DNA of 64,000 nt, taken from positions 124,001-188,000 of the forward strand of contig NOWV01000025.1 in the NCBI GenBank assembly GCA_003344405.1, read 5' to 3'. Positions within the stretch are counted from its first letter, which is position 1. The number at the start of each line of letters is the position of its first letter. The notes below the pieces were generated by a model. That model was given only the letters and a program-made list of their open reading frames with translations, was not told the origin of the DNA and did not search any database. This DNA comes from Trichoplax sp. H2. Its lineage: Eukaryota. Made by a program: the position numbers and the translations under genes. Positions 11,501 to 23,500 of this stretch are shown here, one piece after another.

Positions 11501-14500
11501 TGGTCGCCAAAGCCAACAGATTTCAATGTTAGTGAAAGTTGCAATGGATGCTTATGCCCAACAAATGTTACTGGTGGATTATGTCCTGCTGGTTACTACT
11601 GTCCATTTGGTTCACCCGAGCCGATACCTTGCCCTGGGGGTTACTTCTGTTTAGATAACGGTCTTACCAATTACACTGGCTTATGTAGTGCAGGATATTA
11701 CTGCAGCAGTGCCGCAAAGATACCCAATCCAACAGATGGTACAACTGGAGATAGATGCCCGGCAGGTCATTACTGTCTATCGGGAACTAGCGTACCTAAA
11801 CCTTGCCCTGCTGGCACCTTTTCAAATTCATTGGGAAACACAGCATTATCTGATTGTCAATCGTGTACTAAAGGATATTATTGCAATACAACTGCTCTTA
11901 CTACACCTAGTGGGCAATGCCGTGCAGGTTATTACTGTCCTGCAGGACAATCTATCGATAATCCATTCCCATGCCCACCAGGTAATTATTGCCTCGCAGG
12001 TTCATTTGAAGGTAGCGCTTGTCCACCTGGGCAGTATCAAAATTTACCTGGCCAGTCTGCCTGTAAACCATGCGTAGCAGGCTATTATTGTGATCCTCAA
12101 TATCCGTTAGATGATTATTCTCCCTACAAATGTCCTGCTGGTTTTTACTGTCCACAAAGTACTCCTTATGGAAATCGTTACAGTTGTCCGAATGGTACAT
12201 ATTCTGCTTCCCAGCAATTAACGCAACCGGAAGATTGTACTCCATGTGATCCTGGTAAATATTGCAACGGAATTGGACGAACCAGTCCCAATGCTAACTG
12301 CAATGCTGGCTTTTACTGTAGCGGAGGGGCATTCACTCCGTCACCTAACGATGGTACTACTGGATATTCATGTCCAATAGGTCATTATTGTCCTGCCGGT
12401 GCCACTATACCATTGAAATGTTCAGCTGGTACATTCTCCAATGTTACTGGCCTGAAGAATGCTTTAGAATGCTTCAATTGTACAGCAGGAAAGTATTGCG
12501 GAGAAGACGGTCTCACTAAACCATCAGGAGACTGTTATGGTGGATTCTTTTGTACTAGTGGCGCTTCGACACCATCGCCAACTGATGGAATAACTGGGAA
12601 TAAATGCAGTGCTGGACATTATTGTCCTAATGGTACAGCCGTCGAGAAAGCATGTTTACCAGGAACTTACACAACTCAAACACAAGCATATGAATGTTTA
12701 GCATGCCCAAGCGGTAAATATTGTGTTGATGGTTTAGTACCTGCTGATTGTCCGGAGGGATTCTTTTGCCCTAGTAACACCGGTTATAATTGGAAGAGCT
12801 GTCCTACAGGAACATTTAGCAATCAACGTGGATTACTTAACGATTCTCAATGTGAAAGTTGTACCGCCGGTAATTACTGCGACAAGCTCAATGCCACCGC
12901 ACCAAGTGGTAGCTGTGATTCTGGCTACTTTTGTAAATCTGGCTCCGACACCAAAACTCCAGATGGCGTAACAAATAAAGGAAATGCAGGTATATGCCCA
13001 CCTGGCTCATATTGTCTAGCTTCCACTAGCCAGCCTCAGCCCTGTCCGATGGGTACATACTCGAATAAAACTGTCTTAACTCATGTTGATAACTGTACAC
13101 TGTGTTCATATGGTAAATACTGTGGTGAAACTGGATTGACTAAACCTAGCGGTGATTGTTGGGGAGGATTCTACTGTCTGCTAGGAGCTAAGTATCCTAA
13201 TAATCCTAATGAAGATAGCACTGGTGGCCCATGCCCAATTGGACGTTACTGCTTTAATGGTACATCACGTCCTCTTGGATGTGCGGCTGGCACGTACAAT
13301 AATTTAACCGGGCAGTCAGACTGTACTACTTGTCCGGCTGGCTATTATTGCTTAGAAAATTCTACTACGTATGAAAATACTCCATGTCCAGAAGGTTATT
13401 ATTGCTTAGAGGGCACGAAAGAACCGTACCAATATGGTTGTCCTAAAGGTTATTATAATAGCTATAAGATGAAGACTGATGCTTCAGGATGTACTCCATG
13501 TGATCCTGGTAAGGTATGTCCAACAGAGGGCTTGACAGCTCCAACCCAAAATTGTAGCGCTGGGTGGTTCTGCATACGAGGGGCCTGGTCTACTACTCCT
13601 GCCGATCTTGGATCTTCTAATAGTACTGGATGTTTCTGCTCTAATTCAACAACTGGCGGTCAATGCGAAATAGGGTATTACTGCCCAGCTGGATCTAATC
13701 AAATGATACCATGTAGTTCAGGCTATTACTGCGACAAGGTAGGTCTAACACAACCGACGGGAAAATGTAAAGAAGGCTACTTCTGTATACAAGGTGCTAC
13801 CGTTGCAGATCCTACAGATAAGATCACTGGAGATGTTTGTCCACTTGGCCACTATTGTCCAGATGGAACACTAGTACCTGTTAAATGTGGACCTGGTACT
13901 TTCTCTAACACAACAGGCAATACTAATTCATCTGGTTGTCAGTTATGTCCAGCAGGAAAATATTGCCCAGGCAGTGGAAACGCGGAACCTTTTGGTGATT
14001 GTAGTGGCGGCTATTACTGCCCAGCTGGCCAATCTACTGCCACTCCCTCAGATTATCAATGCCAACCAGGAGGCTATTGTACAGCTGGATCAGCTAATCA
14101 AATTCCTTGCTCTCCAGGAACCTATCAAAATGAAATGGCCCAAATATCTTGTAAATCTTGCCCGACAGGTTACTACTGTGATGGATTTGTTCTAAATGCG
14201 ACTCATTGTACGCACGGTGTCCAATTTCCAACGATATGTCCTACCGGTAGTTTCTGCCCTGTTGGAACTAGATTTGGTGATGAATTTAAATGTCCTAAAG
14301 GTACATATAATAATCTAACAGGTCTACAGCTACAAAGCGAATGTCAACCATGTCAACCTGGTAAATACTGTGGTACAGCAGGATTATCAACATGGACCGG
14401 TGATTGTAATGCTGGTTATTATTGCTTACAAAATGCTTCAACTCCAGAGCCTACCGATGGGATCACGGGATCAAAATGCCCTGTTGGTAACTATTGTCCT

Positions 14501-17500
14501 AAAGGTGCTACATCACCGAAAGGATGCCCATCAGGAACTTATAATCCAACGCAAGGATTAGCCGATGTGACACAATGTAAATCTTGCGATCCGGGAAGTT
14601 ATTGTGGTAGTTCTGGACAATCTGTGACATCAGGCAACTGTACTGCAGGATTTTACTGCCTTGGCAATGCTACCGTTGGTAATCCAATAGATGGCATTAC
14701 TGGTGGTATATGCTGGCGTGGACATTACTGCCCGCCTGGTAGTTCTTCTCCAGTCCCATGTAACCATGGTTATTATTCTAACGTAACACAGAGTAAAGAA
14801 TGCAATATCTGTCCTGCAGGTTACCTATGTACAACTGGTACCGATCCTGAAATTTGCCCCACCGGATTCTACTGCCCTGAAGGTACCGGTATAAATCCAC
14901 GACCGTGTCCACCTGGAACGTTCAACCCTAATAAAGGTATTAAAGATGTATCTGAGTGTACTAGTTGTTCCGGTGGTTACTACTGTTCAAGTTTCAATGG
15001 TAGTTTCGAGACTGGAAAGTGTTCAGCAGGTTATTTCTGTGCTAATGGATCTAATACAAATCAACCAAATGAATTTACTCTTGGTAAAGGAGGTATATGT
15101 CCAGCTGGTTATTATTGTGAATTAGGTACGCAAGATCCAAATCCATGCCCTAGTGGTACATTTTCTAATAAAACCGGATTAACAGCATTAAACCAATGTG
15201 ATTCATGTTATGGAGGCTATTATTGTAATATACCAGGCCTAACTAGTCCTTCTGGTAAATGTAGTCCAGGTTATTACTGTGTATCTAATGCGAATGAAAG
15301 TGCTCCCTCGTCTATTTCTTCAACCGGTGGCCCATGTCCAGCTGGTTATCACTGTCCTGAAGGTTCAACGCTACCGTTATCTTGCAACGGTGGAACGTAT
15401 AGTCCAACGATAGCTCAAAGCAGTTGTCAGAACTGCCTAGCCGGTTATTACTGTCCAGTAAATGCCACTGCTAAAATCGTATGTCCTTTGGGACACTACT
15501 GTCCAGCTTTTTCAATTGAAGCTCAGCCGTGTCCTGTTGGATATTATTCGCCTGTTCAATACGCTAACAGCAGCCAAGATTGTGTACCATGCGGACCTGG
15601 TCAGTATTGTAATGATACTGGGCTAGCTGCACCGACAGGTTTATGTGCTCCTGGCTATTATTGCTCTGGAGGATCTCCAACCAATAAGCCTGCGCCTGCA
15701 AACAATATCACTCACGAAGGCTCATGCATGTGTCCTGCTCAGGTTGTAGGTGGACGTTGCGTTGCTGGTAATTACTGTCCTCAAGGTAGTGATCGACCGT
15801 TGCCTTGCGATCCTGGATTTTATTGCGCGTACGATGGTCTTTCAAGTGTTAGTGGATCTTGTACTGCTGGTTATTACTGTAATGGAAGTACAATCGAAGA
15901 TCGTCCCGTTAACAAAGTATACGGAAGTCATTGCCCATCTGGTCATTATTGCCCTCAACAAAGTTCCTCGCCAACACCTTGTAACCCAGGCTATTACTCA
16001 CCTAACACGCATAATCAAAATGCAAGTAATTGCTTACTGTGTACAGCTGGTTACTACTGTTCAGGTTATGGACAATCTCAAACTACAGACCAATGTGATG
16101 TTGGCTACTATTGTCCAGAAGGTGAATCTGTTAGTCAACCTCCTGGCAAACATTGTTTACCAGGTCATAAATGCCCAAAAGGAAGTGCTAACCAGACACC
16201 ATGTCCTTCCGGTTCATATCAAGCCTTCGCCGGTCAAGGTAACTGCACTGTTTGTCCTGATGGAAATTATTGCGATGCTACAGTTGCTGTGCTTGAAAAG
16301 CAGAGCGGTCCTTCCAGTTTAACGCATGGAGTTGTCACGCCAGCTATTTGCCCTGTTGGTTATTATTGTCCGGAGGGAACAAAGTCTAGTTATGAAAATG
16401 CTTGTCCAGCTGGCACTTACAGTAATAAAACAAGTATTAAAACTAAGCACGAATGCCTGTCGTGTACTCCTGGATACTATTGTGCTGGTACAGCCAATAC
16501 AGAACCAGACGGTAAATGCTATGCCGGTTATTATTGTGCCATGAATGCAACTTCACCGTCACCAACAGAAGGACTCACTGGTGATATTTGCCCACAAGGT
16601 TCATACTGTCCGTTAGGATCTTCTTGGCCTACACCATGTCCTAGTGGTACCTATGGTGCTAGTCTAGGTTTAACCCAAGTTACCCAATGTACAGATTGTC
16701 CACCAGGAATGGCCTGTCAAACGCCAGGACTCATACAACCATCTAGTTCTTGTCAATCAGGATACTACTGTATACTAAAAGCAATTTTACCAAACCCACT
16801 TGGCGAATCCTACGGTAGTATTTGCCCACCTGGAGCTTATTGTCCAATAAATAGCAGTGCGCCAACGTTATGTCCACCGGGTACATATCAACCACTACAG
16901 ATGCAACCTGCCTTGTCTAATTGCTTAAGTTGCGATCCAGGTTACTACTGCCAAGGATATGGAAATATTAACATGACAGATAAGTGTAGTGAAGGGCACT
17001 ATTGTGATGGCAATGCATCAGTTGCTGCACCACCGGATAAAGTATGTCCGATTGGTACATTCTGCAAGTTAGGATCTCCAATTTTCCAACATTGTCCAAA
17101 CGGAACCTATATGAACTATACTGGAGCTTCATCATGTATCACTTGCCCGGCTGGATCCTATTGCGTCAGCCGAGATCGACCTGATCCATGTCCACTCGGA
17201 TATTATTGCCCAACTGGAACAGGAGCAGATATTAAGCCTTGTCCTCCAGGTACATTTGGTGCCAAGACTGGTTTGACTGCTGTATCTGAATGTGCCCAAT
17301 GCCCTGCGGGAAAATACTGCTTACACGCTGGCGCCACCAATTACACGGGTGATTGTGCAGCTGGCTACTATTGCACATCAGGTGTCAATATGTTCGTTCC
17401 AAGTGGTGCTCATACTGGTATAGCTGGTGAATGTCCGGTAGGTCATTTTTGCCCGATAGGCTCTGCAAAGCCGTTGGGTTGCAGTGCTGGTACATATAAC

Positions 17501-20500
17501 AGTTTGAAGAATCAAGCGCAGTGCCTCACATGTCCGTCTGGTTATTATTGTCCTGAAAATTCGACAAGTCATACAGATTATCCGTGCCCCGCTGGAAGAT
17601 ATTGTCCAGCAGGTACGACAGACCCAAATCAATATTTATGTCCTAGAGGTTCATACAATCCATATGCAGGCAAGAATAGCATTAGTGATTGCTTAATGTG
17701 CCCTCCCGGTAAATACTGTGAACAAGATGGTCTATCACAACCAACTGGAAATTGTAGTGCTGGCTATTATTGTAATGGATGGTCGTACCAATCTACGCCA
17801 ATTCAATATTCTAACGCAACAGATATTTCACAATGTTCTTGTCCAACCACAAATTACACCGGAGGAAGATGTTGGCCTGGTACGTATTGCCCTGAAGGTA
17901 GTGGATATCCTAAAGCTTGTGATCCAGGTTTTTACTGTTTTAGTGCTGGATTAGGTACACCAACTGGCCCTTGTGATGCTGGTTATCATTGTAGTGGTGG
18001 TAGTACAATATCGAATCCTGTTGTGTGCCCGAAAGGATTCTATTGTGAGCAAGGTACGGGTGCCCCTATAGCTTGTCCAGCGGGATATTTCAGTAATACC
18101 ACTGGAAATACTGCAGCAGCGGATTGTGAATTGTGTCTACCAGGACAATATTGCAGCGGCGTCAGTGCAGTTTTACCGTCAGGAAATTGTAGCGCGGGAT
18201 ATTACTGCCCTGGTGGTCAAAATACATCTAAACCAGTTGACTATGTATGCGGTGAAGGCTACTATTGTCCGGAAGGATCAAGCACACAATTAGCATGTTT
18301 ACCAGGTTCTTACCAAGATGAAGTTGGGCAAGGAACTTGTAAGTCCTGTCCTGCTGGTTACTTTTGCGATGCTGATGAAGTACAAGCACAATGCTCGGGA
18401 TCTAGTCACGGCGTTAAAGTTCCTACTATTTGCCCACTCGGTTATTATTGCTTGCCAGGTACATCTAGAAATATCTCTAATCCATGTCCTGCTGGAACTT
18501 TTGGAGCAATTACTGGGGCTAAATCAACTGGTGATTGCCATTCCTGCCCAGCCGGTAAATTCTGTAATGGTGATGCTCTAACTACTCCATCGGGTGACTG
18601 TGATGCAGGCTATTACTGTGCAAGCGGAGCAAATAGTTCGAAACCAATTATTGCATCAGGACTGCCGGAATACAATGATACAACAACATTAGCTACAGTA
18701 TATTATAATGATCTCTGTCCAATAGGCTATTATTGTCCAGCAGGTACTATCATTCCTATACCATGTCCAGCTGGTACATTCTCTGCTGTGAAACGTCTCA
18801 AGGCTAAAGAAGAGTGTTCGCCATGTCCAGCTGGACAATACTGCAAAACGCCAGGTTTGATTGACGTTACTACTGCTCCTAATTGTAATGCAGGATATAT
18901 CTGTTCTGGTAATTCTGTAACTGGTACACCTACTTCAAATAATGGAGGATACGAATGTCCTCGTGGTTATTATTGTCCGTCTGGTGCGGTACGACCTCAA
19001 AGTTGTCCACCGGGTACATATCAAAGCAGCCCAGGAAACGATACATGTATCCCATGTCCTGCTTCTTATCAGTGCGATCAAGAAAATGTAACTGATCCTA
19101 TAAAATGTATTAAAGGTCACTACTGCCCAGCAGGTGTTGCAACACCAATAGCATGTCCTAATGGAACGTTCCGTAATCAAGATGGTGCAGCTAGTGTTAG
19201 TGATTGCCAACCGTGTTCTACGGGAAAATTCTGTTCTGGAACCGGAAATATCGTTGAAAGTGGGGATTGCGACGCTGGCTTTTACTGTGTGGAAGGAGCT
19301 AGTTCGCCTGTGCCTGAAAGTGATGTAAAGAATAATGGCCCATGTCCAGCTGGTAAATATTGCTCAGTAGGAACGACTTCGCCTACACCTTGTCCTCCTG
19401 GCCGATATAGAAATACAACTGGTGCAGCAGATGTGGATGATTGCTATGGTTGTGAACCAGGATATTATTGTGCTACCCCTGGATTGACCACTCCAACAGG
19501 TCAATGCGATGCTGGGTACTACTGTCCTCCGTTATATAATGCTACTATTCCTACTCCACCTGATAGGGTATGTCCAATTGGTTCCTTCTGTGTTAAAGGA
19601 TCAGCCTTACCTACAACTTGTGCAGGTGGATCCTATCAGCCCGTAGCCGGAAAAGGCTACTGTGATCTATGTAAAGAAGGTTACTATTGCGCCTCTGGTC
19701 TAGGCTCTGAAGCGGCTTGCCCTCCTCATAATTATTGTCCAGCTGGTTCACAATATCCAACTCTATGTCCAAATGGTACATATACAGATTCTACTACAAC
19801 ATTATTAACATCAGTGTCTGGATGTAAACCATGTCCAACTGGTAAATTCTGTAGAATCGGTAGAATTACAGCATCCTGTAGTGCTGGCTATTATTGCTTA
19901 AGTGGTAGCCCAGTACCTGCACCGGAAGATTATAACACAACTGATTCAAACTTTTGCACAAGTGATATTAAGGCAGGCCCATGTTCAGCGGGCCAGTACT
20001 GCGAAGAGGGTACAATAGTTGAAAAGCCATGTCCAGAGAATACTATCAGAACGATACCTGGTGGTTCAACCGTAGCTGATTGTTTAGCTTGTCCAATCGG
20101 TAAGAAATGTTATGCGGGTAATCCAATACCTGATGATTGTCCTACTGGCAATTATTGTCCTGGTGGTGCCCCAGTAAAATGTCCTTATGGTACATATCGA
20201 AATACAGTTGGAGGAGCATCAGCAGCTGACTGTTTCCCGTGTCCTGCCGGTGCTCATTGTAATGATACCGGTATCAGCGATTATAACAAAGTTCCCTGCC
20301 CACCTGGCTTCTACTGTCCCAATGGCACATACCTTGTCAGTTGTGGTGCAGGCTTCATGAGACCAAATTCTGGAGCTGCTAGAAAAGAAGATTGTGTGGT
20401 ATGCTTAGAAGGTTACTATTGCCCTGATAATAGAACAAATGTATATGGTATTCCTTGTGATGCAGGATTTAATTGCCCTCTCGGTTCTGTTGGTCCAACT

Positions 20501-23500
20501 CCATGTGAGCCTGGAACTTATTGTCCTGGTCAATCTAATGCAGCCATTGTTTGTCCAGCTGGTTACTACTGCCCTGCTGGATCTGCAGATTATAAAACAA
20601 GGCCATGCAATTTCCGTTATTTCTGCCCTGAAGGCAGCGCAGCTCCTCTAACTTGTGATTTAGGATACCAAGCATTAAACACTTCTGGATTAAGAATTGA
20701 TAATGACACTACTTGTGAAATTTGCCCAGCTGGTTATTACAATAATGCTCCAGGAGCACAAGATTGTCTGCTATGTCCTGGTGGCTATTATTGTCCTCAA
20801 GGTTCTACCAATGGATATAGGAATCCATGTGTTGCCGGTACATATTGTCCTGCTGGATCAAGTGCGGCTACACTGTGTCCAATTGGTACATATGGTAACT
20901 TCACTAAGGCTAGCAACGATACGGATTGTTTCCCATGCCAACAGAATACATTCAACAATCTACTAGGACAAACGGCATGTAGACCATGCGGCCGAAGTGC
21001 TACTGCTTTAAACACTGGTTCTATCACGTGTTCATGTATTGGTAGTTTCAGAAGTTTCCAACCAACAACCGGATTGTGTGTATGTGAAGATGGTTATGTC
21101 TTCTATGATGCTAATGGTAACAAACAATCTAATGTAGACAGTGACAAATCTTGCCAGGAAGATGTAGTTCAAGAATGTACTGCGAATCAAGTTCGTTTAG
21201 CTAGTACTAAACAATGTGTTCCTAGCACAGGATATGATTGTGGTCCTAGTTGTCCTAACAGTAATGGTACATTGGACGCTGAATTAGGTGTTTGCCAGTG
21301 TAATAGTTATACAGAACCATCAGAAATTTGTTCGCAAGCATGTGAAGCACAAAGTCCTACCACCCAAATTGTCACTACAAATGGTCAGACGCAAATTCTT
21401 GTTAAGAACAAACAAACTAATAACGTTGAACAGACCGTGTCAGTTCCTAATCTATTTGGTCTAAATCAGAATCTTAATGAAGCAGCTCAGGTTCATTTTG
21501 TTGATGTTAGTGCACAAAGTATGAGTGGCTTAATTGTTACACAAAATAATCAGGTACCAGATATTGTCGGTTCACAACCTAGTGCTAAACGTCGTCGATT
21601 GTTAGCTACATCCTCAGCGCCAGGAATAAGTAATCCAATCATGTGTATTAAAACTAACGAAGTTATCTTGTTCAAGATAGCTTTAAATCAAGCCAATAGA
21701 TCACTAAGTCATTATCCTCAGTATCAGAAAGAGCACGTTTTCAACACCAATACTAAATTTGATTATGGCCCATTCACTGACTTGGAATACTACGTTTTAA
21801 ATACCAACATTACAATTAGAAATTTTGCTTATATGTTTACTCAAAAAGGTGTTTATGTCTTCGTCGATGCACAATCGTCATCATCGCAATTAATTGTAAG
21901 AACTATTGCTACTGGTGAAAATTGTGGCTCAACCGGCTCAACGGTTGTACCATCATCTCCAACTCAAATAAATAGGCAAGGTATTGGCGAAAAGAAGGCA
22001 TTAAATGTTGCACCAAATTGGCCTTTAATATTTGGTCTATTAGGTTTAATAGGTGCTTTAGTGTTACTACTAGTTATTGTTGTTATTGCTTGGAAACCGA
22101 AAGAAGCTGGATTTTATTCTCGTAAGACACTTCGACCACGTTATAAGAATTTAGGAGCACCTATTCCACCAAACAATCCAGGTACTCAAATCATGCCACG
22201 CCAAGAAGCTGTAACTAAAGAAGAATTCTTGTTAGGCCCGCGAGCTTTAGGAGAAGGGCTAGAGAATCAATTAGAAGAGGTTGCAGGGGGTGAAGCTGTT
22301 GTACCTAAAGCAATTGCCGCTAATGAATTCGAGTTAGAGAATTTCAGTGTTCGTACTTTATTTGACAAATTGGAAGATCAAAATGTCCATTGTGCATCAC
22401 AGTTACATCGTCATCAAGCTGATTTACGCGATTTCTACGAGAGGATGAATCAACAGAATGAAGCATTAAAGGGTATGGTATCTAATCTTGATGTTAGTGT
22501 ATTACAAAAGGCTGCAAATGCATCAACATCAGAGGATAATGCTGAAGGTGGTACCGACGAATCTGCTAAGGTTAAGGGACCAACATTCAATATAGAAAAT
22601 AAGCATTATACTCTAACTGGTGGTATAAATGCACGTGAACAGGACTTAATTTCAACATTACAAAAGCTATTAGACTATATCACAAATCCTCAGATTATAC
22701 AAACAAACGCCGTTGTCCAACGATCAACGAGCCAGGATGCAGCGCAAGCTAATAACGTCATTTGGAAAATGCATGATCATACCGATTTAATTAGGCGTCA
22801 AGCCGCTGAAAAGATACAATTAGAAAAAGATTTGCAAGCTGAAGAGCAGGAAGCTATTAAAGCATTAGTAATAGAACAAGAAACAAAGCGGTCAGATACG
22901 ATTAAACGTCTTAATGAGAAATTAGCTGCCCAAATATCACCGGATATGTCTGATGAAGAAGTACAACAGTTACTTGCTGCCCATGAGAAAGAGGTAGAAT
23001 CAATTACAGCGCAACTTGATGCAGAAAAGGATCGACAAAAGAATGATTTAAGAGAGCGATTAGCTAAAAGGCGTAAAGATAAACAACGCGCATTAGCAGA
23101 TGCTCATCGAGCACAAGCACGTAAAGCTGGACTGGACACTATTATCGAAGAAGAGTCAGAAGGTGACATTGAAGATGATATTAAAGCAAAAGAAGCTCAA
23201 TACGATATGATTTTACAAGAAGAAAATCTGGAAGCTGCTAAAGAACTAAGTGAAAATTCTAATCAAACGATGGAAAATCTTGGTAAAACTATGAATAACA
23301 AGTTGGCGAAGAACTTGGAGTCCTTATCTCAAGGTGGTATTATAACACCAGAGGAAACTGAGGCATTGCTATGTGAGATGGAGACTCAGCAAAAGAATAT
23401 CAATGATGGTATCCAACATAGGCGCAATTTACAACGCGATGGTATGAAGAGACGATTAGAGGATCGTCGTAAGCGAAGATTAAATAAACTAGCAGACAAA

